The notes: generated from the letters alone by a model not told the origin. 64,000 nt of DNA from a virus (IMGVR_UViG_3300012943_000028:64001-128000); one strand, 5' to 3'. Numbered from the stretch's first letter, positions 1-8,869 are shown. Numbers and translations are program-made.

Positions 1-293
1 ATTTCTCCAGGAGATGCTGGCTGCTCGAACACCTTGCGGTTGTCCATGAGCTCGATCTCATAGCCCCATTTCTCGATGTATGGAAGAATCTTCTCGAGCA
101 GCCGCATGTACGACTTGCCAGTCTTCTCGAAGAAACGAATACGTCCATCCCACCTGCCGAGCTTGTAGGCTGGCATGAAGAAGTAACCCTCAACGTGTGG
201 GGCAAACGTCTTCCAAAGGGTTTCGAGATGGGTTGGCGTCAGACCTTGAAAGTGACACCACACCTCATCACGGATGGAGAGGTAACACTTCAT
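1..293 (-). CDS. uvsW: UvsW-like SF2 DNA helicase, N-terminal part (runs off window)
   Basis: Manual translation from ATG at 293: MKCYLSIRDEVW...FAPHVEGYFFMPAYKLGRWDGRIRFF, matching the T4 UvsW N-terminal 'GY.F.P.(F/Y)..G.WDG.IR' motif; ATGA overlap with upstream gene; near uvsY. Confidence 0.85.
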   Translation of the reverse strand, partial: MKCYLSIRDEVWCHFQGLTPTHLETLWKTFAPHVEGYFFMPAYKLGRWDGRIRFFEKTGKSYMRLLEKILPYIEKWGYEIELMDNRKVFEQPASPGE

Positions 294-790
294 TCTTTCG
301 GGTCGAACAACGAGATGCAGAAGGCATCATCACCATGATTGCCAGAATCTTGGATGAACAGGTGGAGGACGCCAAAGCTGGATGCAATTTCAGACCACAC
401 TGGAGTGACTGAAGGAACTGCCCAACTTGTTGCGCCGATGGTAAACATCTGAATGGTGGCGATGAATTGGCAGACACCGACGACGTCTGACTGGTGTGCA
501 AGCTCTGGACAGAACTTGTACGTCGTGCCGTCACTCTTCACCAGAAGGTAGACAGCCTTGGTCACCTTACGTGGTGAGAACGATATGCCGTTGCCGTAGG
601 CAACTAGCGTTGCGTATGCTGGATCACCTTCGAGAAAGTTGAGCGCATCGAATGCACCTGACGTTGAAGATTCTGTTGGCTGAGGAACCTCGATGATGTA
701 GTCGTGGTTCTCGACGGTGAACTTGTCGCTCTCTTGATGACCAACTGGAAGTTCTTCTGGTGAGCCGCTGAAAATGTTAGAGGACTGCAT
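290..790 (-). CDS. hypothetical protein
   Basis: ORF between uvsY and uvsW, overlapping both; start trimmed to ATG at 790. Confidence 0.65.
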   Translation of the reverse strand: MQSSNIFSGSPEELPVGHQESDKFTVENHDYIIEVPQPTESSTSGAFDALNFLEGDPAYATLVAYGNGISFSPRKVTKAVYLLVKSDGTTYKFCPELAHQSDVVGVCQFIATIQMFTIGATSWAVPSVTPVWSEIASSFGVLHLFIQDSGNHGDDAFCISLFDPKE

Positions 791-1238
791 CTTGTAGCTC
801 CGATACACGTAGTTTGGTCATGTGACCGACCATCCAGCCCATCTGCTTTAGGGCCTCGACGATCGAGGCGAGGTGGCTCTTCAGGCGCACCACCTCAATT
901 TGAATCTGGTTGATCTCGACGATCTCTTGGTCGGCGCCAATGTACGCCTGAATGTCCTTGGCGGTCAGCTGGCGTGAGTAGCCTTCTGTGTACTTCTTCC
1001 ACAGCTTGCCGACTTTCTTTTCCTTGATGACATTGAGCCACTCCTCAACAGACTTGACGTCTTGGAGGTACATGTCATAGGAGGCCTGGTAGTGAGGGAG
1101 CGTGCGAGCCACTTCCTCGAGGCGGCGGCCCTCGATCTTGAAGATCGGCTCAGCTGCGTCGACCTTTGCCTGGTACTTTTCAAGTACCGGAATGATCTCG
1201 GGCAGCTTGCTTTCGTCTAGCTGTAGCGTTAGCGACAT
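777..1238 (-). CDS. uvsY: UvsY-like recombination mediator
   Basis: ~153 aa helical protein with 'KKY.EGY...L...D...YI.AD..I' pattern; lies between uvsX and uvsW. Confidence 0.8.
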   Translation of the reverse strand: MSLTLQLDESKLPEIIPVLEKYQAKVDAAEPIFKIEGRRLEEVARTLPHYQASYDMYLQDVKSVEEWLNVIKEKKVGKLWKKYTEGYSRQLTAKDIQAYIGADQEIVEINQIQIEVVRLKSHLASIVEALKQMGWMVGHMTKLRVSELQDAVL

Positions 1239-1506
1239 GCTTGGAATAGTTCCACGTTGTGAAGATGAGCTCTCGAGTGTGCGCATCATAGTCAATGAGA
1301 GAGCGCTCGAGGAGGCGGAAGGTTTTTAGATCAGTGAAGATTCTTGGTGTTGTTTCCAGTATTATACACCCAACAGGCAGCTTTGAAAACGTGAGCGTCA
1401 CGTCGAACCCTCGCGGGTGCTCCTGTAAAAGAACCCCGGCTGCGCCGCTGTCCCTAATCAGACGGCGCAGCCGGTTTTTCGCTGCTAAGGTAAGATACTC
1501 GCTCAC
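1180..1506 (-). CDS. hypothetical protein, weak HesB/IscA-like fold lacking the conserved cysteines
   Basis: LTLAAKNRLRRLI...RIFTDLKTFRLLERSLIDYD resembles IscA LT..A...I..L and VD..S...L.G..IDY segments. Confidence 0.4.
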   Translation of the reverse strand: MSEYLTLAAKNRLRRLIRDSGAAGVLLQEHPRGFDVTLTFSKLPVGCIILETTPRIFTDLKTFRLLERSLIDYDAHTRELIFTTWNYSKHVANATARRKQAARDHSGT

Positions 1507-1515
1507 GCGACCTGC

Positions 1516-1758
1516 TTACTCAGCTGCGTCCTTACCGTCATCCTTCACCAAGCTGACGTTCGCAAGAACCTCACGGATCTTGTGCTGCAGCTTGCGTGGT
1601 GAGGTGAACACCTCACGGACGTTGTACCAGTAGTCCTCATCCTGAATGCCTTCGAGGCCGAACTTTTCCAACTTCGGGTCATTGCCCTTTACTGGATAGT
1701 GAAGCACGAAACCACCTTTGATGACTTCGATCGTAACAGTTGCGTCGAACGTTTTCAT
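1516..1758 (-). CDS. hypothetical protein
   Basis: 80 aa ORF with GAGGAG RBS directly after uvsX. Confidence 0.7.
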   Translation of the reverse strand: MKTFDATVTIEVIKGGFVLHYPVKGNDPKLEKFGLEGIQDEDYWYNVREVFTSPRKLQHKIREVLANVSLVKDDGKDAAE

Positions 1759-1761
1759 CGT

Positions 1762-2817
1762 TTACTCCTCGTCTTCGGCTTCAACGGCTTCAGGCTCGCC
1801 CTGATCACGTACCGGTGTTGCCTTTGGGTGTTTGAACAGCTTGAGCGCAAGTTCCTCGCTCATCTCGCTGTCCTTGAATGCCAGCTTCTCACCATTGACG
1901 ACGCTGACCCACTTCTGCTTCTCACCAGGTGCCGTACCCTTGGCAATGACGCCGAGGTTTTCAAGCAGCTCAGTGAGACCCGAGAATGGGCTCAAGCCGC
2001 TGTTGTACGGAATAGCAAGTTCGACCTTCGTGCCAAGCTTCGCAAAGCGTGACTTGTAGGTCTCGAAGCGCATGCGGACACCGACGATGTCGCCCTCTTC
2101 CTTCAACTTCAGCTTCGTGATGATGCCGATGATTGAGCTGGAGAACTTCGTGCTGTTGGTGATTGCCCATGCACCGTCGCCCATCATGATGTCCTGTGGG
2201 TAGACGTGGTCAGTCGCAACGAATGCGATTGGCAGGCGGCTGATCTGGTTGACGATCAGTCGCAGCATCGCCTTGCGGCGCTTTGCGAGCTGACCCTGGT
2301 CGCCCTTGATCACGCCAGACCCTTCGTAGTTCTCCAACTCGGTGGCCGAGCTGAGCATTGCGAGAGAGTCCAGAACGATGAGCGTCTTCGGTGCGTCCTT
2401 GTTGTCCTTGCCATACGCTTGCGTATAGTTACCAAAGAACTCTGAGAGCACCTTGTTGACGTCCTCGATCATCGCCACCTGGATGTAGGTGAGCTTGTCT
2501 GGGCTGGTGTCAACGCCGATCTTGCCGAGGTAGTCGATGTCAAGCGCGTTCTCAGAGTCAAGCGCCAGAATGTGGTAACCCATCTTCTGTGCCTGAGCCA
2601 TGATGTTTGCCGAGATGAATGACTTACCAGAACCGGCAGGTCCGGCCCAGAGGCTGATGCGGCTGAGTGGAACGCCCTTGGTGAAGTCACCGCTGAGAGC
2701 GTAGTTGAGTGCGTAGTTGCCGGTCGACAACCACTCTTCGGCACGCGAGATGCCGATGTTCAAGGTCTGGACCTTCGACAGGTCCTTCTTGAACTTGTCA
2801 AGAAATGCAAGTGCCAT
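1762..2817 (-). CDS. uvsX: UvsX/RecA-like recombinase
   Basis: STGNYALN, Walker A GPAGSGKS, DSENALD, Walker B IVLDSL, KSRF. Confidence 0.95.
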   Translation of the reverse strand: MALAFLDKFKKDLSKVQTLNIGISRAEEWLSTGNYALNYALSGDFTKGVPLSRISLWAGPAGSGKSFISANIMAQAQKMGYHILALDSENALDIDYLGKIGVDTSPDKLTYIQVAMIEDVNKVLSEFFGNYTQAYGKDNKDAPKTLIVLDSLAMLSSATELENYEGSGVIKGDQGQLAKRRKAMLRLIVNQISRLPIAFVATDHVYPQDIMMGDGAWAITNSTKFSSSIIGIITKLKLKEEGDIVGVRMRFETYKSRFAKLGTKVELAIPYNSGLSPFSGLTELLENLGVIAKGTAPGEKQKWVSVVNGEKLAFKDSEMSEELALKLFKHPKATPVRDQGEPEAVEAEDEE

Positions 2818-2835
2818 GATGCCCTCCTAAGGTAT

Positions 2836-2863
2836 CAAGAAGGCGGGGCCTTGCGACCCCGCC
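2836..2863 (-). terminator. rho-independent terminator after gp32
   Basis: GGCGGGGTC-GCAA-GGCCCCGCC followed by TTCTT on the minus strand. Confidence 0.75.
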
Positions 2864-2869
2864 AGTTGA

Positions 2870-3787
2870 TTACTCAGCCGTTGCGGCTGCGGCTGCCTTG
2901 GCCTTCGAACGGGCCTTCAGCTGCTCGAGCACTGAGCTGGTCTTGGAGGCTGCAGCAGGTGCGGCTGCAGTCGTGGTCTCTGCTGTGGTAGCAGCGGCCT
3001 TAACGGCAGCTGGCTTTGCAGCAGGAGCCTCAGCGGCTGGTGCAGCGGCAGCAGGTGCTGCAGCAGCGTCATCGCTGTCGCCCGAACCATCGTCGTATGA
3101 CTGACCGGTCTGGTCAGCAACGAGGAGGGCTTCAACCGTGGCGGCATCCGTCTTCTTCGAGCGGTAGTCGTTGAGGTTGTAGAGCGTGATGGCCTCGATC
3201 ACTTCATCATCAAGGTCGGTCTGCTTCGGAGCAAAGCTCGAAGTGTTGTACGAGGCGTACTGACCAGACTTGGTCTTCTTGATGCGGAAGTTGTAGCCAC
3301 CCTTGAACTCGTATGGGGCTTCCTCGAGATCGCCAGACTGGAACGCCGCCTGAATCTGCTTGAACACGGCAGGGCCGAATTCGATCAGCTTCACGAGAGC
3401 TGCCTGGTCGTGCTCGATCGGGCTTTCAACCACGATCACCTGACCGATGTAGCTCTTCTTGCGGTAGTAGCGCTTGCCCATCTCTTCGTTCTTCTCATCG
3501 TAGAACTTACGTGAGAGGTTGCAGATCGGGCAATCTTCGCCGTGCATCTTGAGGCATGGAACCTTTTTCTTCTGACCGTTGACAACGAGCTCGTGCTGGA
3601 GGTTTTCCACCAGGAAGCCGAGGCTGTTTTCTTCATCGAGGTCAGGGAGGAAGCGTACGACTGCGGTTGAGTCGTCAGGCATTTTCCAGAATGGATAAAA
3701 GAGCTTCCAGTTTTGGTCTCCGCCCGAAGAACCCTTCTTAGCAAAGTTGGCCTTCAGAGCGTCGAGACGATTTTTTGCGGTAGACAT
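2870..3787 (-). CDS. gp32: single-stranded DNA-binding protein (T4 gp32 family)
   Basis: VRFLP, Zn-binding H...C...CPIC, GYNFRIKK, Y..SSF; Ala-rich C-terminal linker. Confidence 0.93.
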   Translation of the reverse strand: MSTAKNRLDALKANFAKKGSSGGDQNWKLFYPFWKMPDDSTAVVRFLPDLDEENSLGFLVENLQHELVVNGQKKKVPCLKMHGEDCPICNLSRKFYDEKNEEMGKRYYRKKSYIGQVIVVESPIEHDQAALVKLIEFGPAVFKQIQAAFQSGDLEEAPYEFKGGYNFRIKKTKSGQYASYNTSSFAPKQTDLDDEVIEAITLYNLNDYRSKKTDAATVEALLVADQTGQSYDDGSGDSDDAAAAPAAAAPAAEAPAAKPAAVKAAATTAETTTAAAPAAASKTSSVLEQLKARSKAKAAAAATAE

Positions 3788-3850
3788 TTTTGTTTTTCTC
3801 CAAAAGTAAAGTAATCAAACACAAAGTACTCGCCAAACGGCGTGCACCAG

Positions 3851-3858
3851 TATTTATA
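3851..3858 (-). promoter_or_regulatory. T4-type late promoter TATAAATA
   Basis: Exact T4 late consensus about 60 nt upstream of gp32. Confidence 0.7.
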
Positions 3859-3979
3859 CGAGGCGCAACCAAAAGTGCGCTGGTCAACGGAAGTTCAACG
3901 AGAGGTTGGAATGAGGAGCCTGCCGGCTCTCTTATTGGAAGGTAATCGTATCTCAGCTGCCAAAATATGTAAACTGCAT

Positions 3980-4723
3980 TCAGCCCCTTCCAAGAAATGG
4001 GAGACCGTTTTGGATGATCATCGCCTCGTAGAAGTTGAGGTGATCAGGAAGTGAGGTCATGTGCAGGACCGCATCTGCGATCTGCTTTGGCGTTGCGGCG
4101 ATATCCCGGAACCCGCGCGCAAGGCGCACCTCTCGTGGCACGAGCTCAGTCGCAACCATTCCAGGGTTGAGCAGTGAGACGGCGATGTTGAACTCTCTAC
4201 CGTCAATAGCAAGTGCGCGCGTCAAACCCTCAAGGCCAAATTTGCTCGCAGAGTAAGCGGGTGAATTTGCCCGTGGCACTCTCGCTGAGATAGAGCCAAT
4301 GTTCAGAATTCTGCCACGACCCTTTGGCTTCATGATGCGGAACGCTTCACGGCTGCAGATGAATGCTGACGTAAGGTTCGTGTTGATCGTGTGCATCCAC
4401 ATCTCGAGCGAGCAGTCTTCAATTGCAGCCTCACCACCGACACCAGCGTTGTTCACCAAGATGTCAACGGTGCCATAGCGCTCAACGGTTTTGGCAAACA
4501 TCTCAGCGACCTCAGCCTCACTGGTAACGTCTGTCTCAATGGCGACGGCATCTCCGCCTTTAGCCTTGATCTTTTCAGCGACACCTTCAAGCAGGTCAAT
4601 GCGCCGCCCGGTAACCACGACCTTTGAGCCAGCCGCCCCGTAACCAAGCACGCAGGCACGGCCAATGCCAGAGCTGGCGCCAGTGACGATGACAACACGG
4701 TCTTTGAGGATGTCGAGGTTCAT
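3980..4723 (-). CDS. classical short-chain dehydrogenase/reductase
   Basis: TGASSGIG, NNAG, catalytic S and YSASK, PG. Confidence 0.93.
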   Translation of the reverse strand: MNLDILKDRVVIVTGASSGIGRACVLGYGAAGSKVVVTGRRIDLLEGVAEKIKAKGGDAVAIETDVTSEAEVAEMFAKTVERYGTVDILVNNAGVGGEAAIEDCSLEMWMHTINTNLTSAFICSREAFRIMKPKGRGRILNIGSISARVPRANSPAYSASKFGLEGLTRALAIDGREFNIAVSLLNPGMVATELVPREVRLARGFRDIAATPKQIADAVLHMTSLPDHLNFYEAMIIQNGLPFLGRG

Positions 4724-5745
4724 TTCTTGAATGATAGGATGAAGTTGAGCTCGTTGATGGACTGCACTGCCACGTCTTTAGCCTCAGCTGGAACGTGCTG
4801 CATCGGTGGCGAAATGCGTGCAAATGACGGACCGAACATCTTGAACCAGGCCCGCTTGTGAATCGGAAGCTCTGACGTGGTGTAGTACTCGTCACGGCAC
4901 AGCGCGAGGCCGCCAGGTCTCAGGACCCTGAGCATCTCTGAGAGAGCTGCCCTCGGATCGGCGACCTGATCTATTGATCCAAAGTTCATCACGAGGTCAA
5001 AGGCCTCACTGCGGTATGGTAGGTTCTGTGCATCGCAGACCATGAGCCGTGGAACAATGTGCTGCTCCATCAGCCTAGGAAAACCGCATGAGAGGATAGG
5101 GCCAGAGATGTCACACCCGTGAAAGTGAGTGCCAACTGGAAGTAGTGGTGCCACCTTGAGCAGCGATGTGCATGTTCCAGTTCCAATGTCGAGCACGCGA
5201 AGTGGACGCTTCACGTCCAGCCAATCGCTGATGATCTTCTTCACGACTGGATGAGCAGGTGAACGCACCTCATTGTCGAACCAAAGAAATGGAGCCAGCG
5301 GACCGCCTTCTTCGTTGTTGAAGTCGTAGCCGTAGCCCTGCATGATGTCGAGCATGCTCATCGGCTCGAGTGCGATAGGTTCAACGGTGCTCATCAGCCT
5401 GCTGACCGGGTCAATAGACACTCTCATGTCAAGCCTGAGAACGTTGTCGCTCATGAGGAGTTCATTGATGAACTCCACGTACGATGACAGCCTGTCGCAC
5501 TGCTCGGGTGAGAGCTCCTTGGAACGCTCAGAGTAGGTGGCAAGGCGTGAGAGCGCCGACCACACGGTAAACAGATCAGCGGCAACTTCCTTGCGGTAGT
5601 TTGCGGCCAGCGTTGGACTCACCTCTGAAAGCTCGGCGCATGAGCGCTCGTACTCATCGAAGAGCTGACGGAGGAGGGTTGATTCAGAGAGCGTTGCCAG
5701 CATCCGCTGGGCTGACGCATTCTTTATGGCCGACGCTTTTTCCAT
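4720..5745 (-). CDS. class I SAM-dependent methyltransferase (UbiE-like C-terminal domain) with helical N-terminal domain
   Basis: VLDIGTGT, CDIS, CDAQNLPY, FDLV, ALSEMLRVLRPGG; ATGA-coupled to SDR. Confidence 0.85.
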   Translation of the reverse strand: MEKASAIKNASAQRMLATLSESTLLRQLFDEYERSCAELSEVSPTLAANYRKEVAADLFTVWSALSRLATYSERSKELSPEQCDRLSSYVEFINELLMSDNVLRLDMRVSIDPVSRLMSTVEPIALEPMSMLDIMQGYGYDFNNEEGGPLAPFLWFDNEVRSPAHPVVKKIISDWLDVKRPLRVLDIGTGTCTSLLKVAPLLPVGTHFHGCDISGPILSCGFPRLMEQHIVPRLMVCDAQNLPYRSEAFDLVMNFGSIDQVADPRAALSEMLRVLRPGGLALCRDEYYTTSELPIHKRAWFKMFGPSFARISPPMQHVPAEAKDVAVQSINELNFILSFKK

Positions 5746-5969
5746 GTGTACGGTTGACCGTTCGGCAGCTTGCCGTCTTTGACGATGTCACCTGGTGAGT
5801 TGTGGTGACTTGTGCTCGTGATGAACATCTTGCCTTCATCACGCAGCTTTGCGCAAAATGCGAGCAGCTTACTCAGCTGCCCCTCACCCTCGGGGAAATG
5901 CTGGACGCATGGAACCAGTGCGTCTCCTTCGAGCTCACACCAGTACACGATCATTCCATCACGGCTCAT
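5724..5969 (-). CDS. hypothetical protein
   Basis: Overlapping ORF chain; ends GKLPNGQPYTWKKRRP. Confidence 0.65.
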   Translation of the reverse strand: MSRDGMIVYWCELEGDALVPCVQHFPEGEGQLSKLLAFCAKLRDEGKMFITSTSHHNSPGDIVKDGKLPNGQPYTWKKRRP

Positions 5970-6255
5970 TCGGCAGCTCTGGTAGAACGACACCGAACTC
6001 GATGACCTTCTGCATCTCGCCCTTGTCATTCTTGAAGTAGTAGTTGTCGTAGATGTTGCGCAGCAGGTTGTTGCGGTGGCCGTTCACTCCGATGAGACAC
6101 CAGTGCAGCTCAGCGATGTGCTTGCCAACCTTGAACAGCTGGCACTTCTCGCACTCTTTCTTGTTGCAGCGACACCCGCCGTTCAGCTTTGCCAACAGCT
6201 CGCAGATCGGCTTGGTGTTCTCAAGAAGCTCAGCAGTATCAGGCACTGTGCTCAT
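5959..6255 (-). CDS. Cys-rich hypothetical protein
   Basis: CRC...CEKC...HWC; GGAG RBS upstream of ATG 6255. Confidence 0.6.
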   Translation of the reverse strand: MSTVPDTAELLENTKPICELLAKLNGGCRCNKKECEKCQLFKVGKHIAELHWCLIGVNGHRNNLLRNIYDNYYFKNDKGEMQKVIEFGVVLPELPNEP

Positions 6256-6466
6256 GGTACTCCACGATGTCTGGTGCGTCCTTGCACTTGTGGCACTTCG
6301 TGCAGCGATCACCTTCGTAGTGCACCTGCACTCCCTCACCGACGGTGATCCAACCACGACCAAAAACCCAGTCGTGCTTGCACTCATCGGCGAGCGCCTT
6401 ATAGATCGTCCTCACGATGACGATGAGGATCACAAGGCTGATGACGACCGTGAACCCGTTCAGCAC
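6239..6466 (-). CDS. membrane-anchored small Zn-finger-like protein
   Basis: N-terminal TM helix, CKHDW...RCTKC. Confidence 0.6.
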   Translation of the reverse strand: MLNGFTVVISLVILIVIVRTIYKALADECKHDWVFGRGWITVGEGVQVHYEGDRCTKCHKCKDAPDIVEYHEHSA

Positions 6467-7020
6467 GTTGTCTGTCCTTCGAGAACGAAGTTCTCGTTTG
6501 TGGTGTCGATGAAGAGGATGGCGTCGACCTCGGACCCAACGAGCAGGCCCTGCTGGCTCATGTACATGTTGCGCACGACTGCCTCAGGCACGCACTTGTC
6601 ACCGCGCGTCTTCTGACGATCAACGACAGTCTGCAGCGGCGTCATGACCTCGACACCGAAGACGTAGAAGCCCTTCTGACGGGCTTCCTGTACCCAACGA
6701 GCACGGCCCTTCTTCGTGAAGTTCGTGTTGTCGATGAACAGCACGTCAGACTTCAGCGCCTCAGCCCACGCCGTGGCGATGAACTGGTTGAACTCCTTCT
6801 CGTTGTTCTTTGCGTACTCGAAGGTGGCGTTGTACATGTCGGCGTCGGTGTCATTGTCTGACCACCACTGTCCAGCATGGCTCGCATCCATGAACTTGCG
6901 CCGGCAATCATCGAGCGAAAAGACGCTGTGCTCTTTGAAGCCAAAGACCTCAACGAGCCGACGACGCACGGTGGATTTTCCGGCGCCGGATGGACCAACC
7001 ATCAGGTAGCACTTCTTCAC
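6460..7020 (-). CDS. P-loop kinase (AAA_33 / polynucleotide kinase-like)
   Basis: GPSGAGKST, SLDD.R, IDNTN...R, R...R...VPE.VV. Confidence 0.88.
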   Translation of the reverse strand: MKKCYLMVGPSGAGKSTVRRRLVEVFGFKEHSVFSLDDCRRKFMDASHAGQWWSDNDTDADMYNATFEYAKNNEKEFNQFIATAWAEALKSDVLFIDNTNFTKKGRARWVQEARQKGFYVFGVEVMTPLQTVVDRQKTRGDKCVPEAVVRNMYMSQQGLLVGSEVDAILFIDTTNENFVLEGQTTC

Positions 7021-7211
7021 TTTGTCACCTCAACGATCTTGTCGCCAACGACGCAGACCGGCTTCTGTGTTTCTGCTGAAAGCATGACCTTTCCGCCAAG
7101 CTTAGCGCACGCGGCCTCATACTTTCTGGCCATGCCAATCTCACCACCGACCCAGCCAGCGAGAGCGCAGAACAAAATCACTGCGATGGCACGCACCAGC
7201 TTGGAGTTCAT
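7017..7211 (-). CDS. small membrane protein
   Basis: TM helix followed by C..LGG...C; ATGA coupling on both sides. Confidence 0.6.
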   Translation of the reverse strand: MNSKLVRAIAVILFCALAGWVGGEIGMARKYEAACAKLGGKVMLSAETQKPVCVVGDKIVEVTK

Positions 7212-7810
7212 ACGTTCTCCCACTCGGCCATCCACACCGCAACGTCGGCCAGCTTCTTCGGCTGGTCGTCAGAGATGCGGCCATGCTGATCGCTGTTGAG
7301 CAGGTCCAACCATGCCTGGTGGCCGGAGGGACCCATGCGGTTCAGGAATGCGTCCTTGAGCGCCTTACGCTTCTGCTTGTCCTTCAACGCAAACGGCACA
7401 TGATGCTCCAGCATCAGCGCCACGTCCGAGATGTCGGCGAGTGAAAAGCCGGTCAGCTCAGTGACGAGCACGCGGTTCGACAACGCATAGTCCACCCACA
7501 TGCGGGCCGAGACCTGCTCATGGCCGTGGTAGGCACGATAGTTGCCACGCTCCTCAGAGAACTTGAGGATTTCGGACGGCGGCTTACCGACATCGTGGAA
7601 CAGGCAGCCGACGAGAGACAGCATGCGCTGCTTCTCGTTGCGGTGATCGAAGAAGTTGGCCATGTAGTAGTCGAGCAGCATCTGCGTGTGAACGGCCACG
7701 TTGGCCTCACGGTGCCACGGCGAGTTCTCGACGGTGCGCACCATCGCCGCCCACTCAGGCGTCTGCTTGAATGCGGCGTGCAGGGCAGTGAATTGTGCGT
7801 ATGCGCTCAT
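7208..7810 (-). CDS. HD-domain phosphohydrolase
   Basis: ENSPWHRE.NV..HT, LFHDVGKP, HGHE..SA, HH, D..GR. Confidence 0.88.
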   Translation of the reverse strand: MSAYAQFTALHAAFKQTPEWAAMVRTVENSPWHREANVAVHTQMLLDYYMANFFDHRNEKQRMLSLVGCLFHDVGKPPSEILKFSEERGNYRAYHGHEQVSARMWVDYALSNRVLVTELTGFSLADISDVALMLEHHVPFALKDKQKRKALKDAFLNRMGPSGHQAWLDLLNSDQHGRISDDQPKKLADVAVWMAEWENV

Positions 7811-7811
7811 G

Positions 7812-8012
7812 TTAGTCTGGGATGAACTTTGAGATGGTGAGGTACGGAACTCCATGACCGTCGGTGTAGGCATCGATCTCGAAGACGTTTCCATCGTCGT
7901 CCTCAATCACGAGCTGGTTGACGGCAGATGCGTCGATCGACACGATCTTCTTGCCCTTCAAGACCTTGAAAGCATCTTCACGGGCGGACTTCTTTCTCTT
8001 CTTGGCGGCCAT
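7812..8012 (-). CDS. hypothetical protein
   Basis: 66 aa ORF with GGAGGAG RBS. Confidence 0.7.
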   Translation of the reverse strand: MAAKKRKKSAREDAFKVLKGKKIVSIDASAVNQLVIEDDDGNVFEIDAYTDGHGVPYLTISKFIPD

Positions 8013-8063
8013 CTCTCCTCCGGTTCTGGAGGAGATTGTATCACGATTGAGCTGGCCGGAAAA

Positions 8064-8234
8064 CTACGGGCAGATGAACCCGAACATCATCAGCAGAACC
8101 GCCGAAACACCGACGACCCAGAGGTGGCTCTTCGATGCCTCGTCCCGACCGTTCAGGTACCTGAGGCCGCTGTAGACGAAGGCAAAGACAAGCACGCAGA
8201 TCAGGAAGATGAATCCTAGCGCTTCAAAGTCCAT
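8064..8234 (-). CDS. 56 aa two-TM membrane protein (not in ORF track)
   Basis: Manual translation MDFEALGFIFLICVLVFAFVYSGLRYLNGRDEASKSHLWVVGVSAVLLMMFGFICP; AAGGAGG RBS. Confidence 0.7.
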   Translation of the reverse strand: MDFEALGFIFLICVLVFAFVYSGLRYLNGRDEASKSHLWVVGVSAVLLMMFGFICP

Positions 8235-8243
8235 GGTGCCTCC

Positions 8244-8714
8244 TTAGAACTCTGGATTCCACTTGCTGATGTGACCCTCAACGAGGGACCAGGTACCACC
8301 GACCATCGCCCAGCGTGAGGTGTTCCTGCGGCGCAGGTACTTCTTGCCGGTGGACGTGGTGATCTGGTACGTCTTCGTAATCTTGACGATCTCGCCGTCG
8401 GGGTAGTAGTCGCCATTGAAGGCGTACGACACCTTGTCACCGACCTTCCACGGCTCGATGATAGAGTAGCGTGGCGATACGTGGTCGCCCTCATCGACAG
8501 GCAGGTACTTCTTGCCGGTCGTCGCCTCGAGCAGGCGGCAGATGCGAGTCACCTGTGCGAAGGAGTTCCAGTCGACCCGGTTCTTCCACACCTCGTGATC
8601 GATGGTCATGTAGCTGTGGTCACCGTCGTTCGTCTTGTAGGTGACGAGCTTTTCCTTCGGCGGATCGTACGAGGTGTCGACCGGAATATCACCATGGAAT
8701 TTCACGTACAGCAT
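8244..8714 (-). CDS. hypothetical phage protein
   Basis: GAGG RBS; KVGDKVSYAFNGDYYPDGEI SH3-like segment. Confidence 0.7.
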   Translation of the reverse strand: MLYVKFHGDIPVDTSYDPPKEKLVTYKTNDGDHSYMTIDHEVWKNRVDWNSFAQVTRICRLLEATTGKKYLPVDEGDHVSPRYSIIEPWKVGDKVSYAFNGDYYPDGEIVKITKTYQITTSTGKKYLRRRNTSRWAMVGGTWSLVEGHISKWNPEF

Positions 8715-8721
8715 GTGAACC

Positions 8722-8826
8722 TCACTTGCTCTTGCTGTTGATCCACTTCTGCCAACCACCAGGCTTGATGTCCTTGCGGTACCGGCGTCGAAGCTTCTTG
8801 GTCTGGCTGCGAATCAGCTTACTCAT
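8722..8826 (-). CDS. 34 aa basic peptide (not in ORF track)
   Basis: MSKLIRSQTKKLRRRYRKDIKPGGWQKWINSKSK; ATG sits 6 nt after a -10 box, so possibly leaderless. Confidence 0.45.
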   Translation of the reverse strand: MSKLIRSQTKKLRRRYRKDIKPGGWQKWINSKSK

Positions 8827-8832
8827 GAGGGC

Positions 8833-8862
8833 ATTGTAACCTACAACCTGAGGAAAGTACAA
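8833..8862 (-). promoter_or_regulatory. sigma70-like early promoter
   Basis: TTGTAC-18nt-TACAAT in an intergenic gap. Confidence 0.55.
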
Positions 8863-8869
8863 CCCTACA

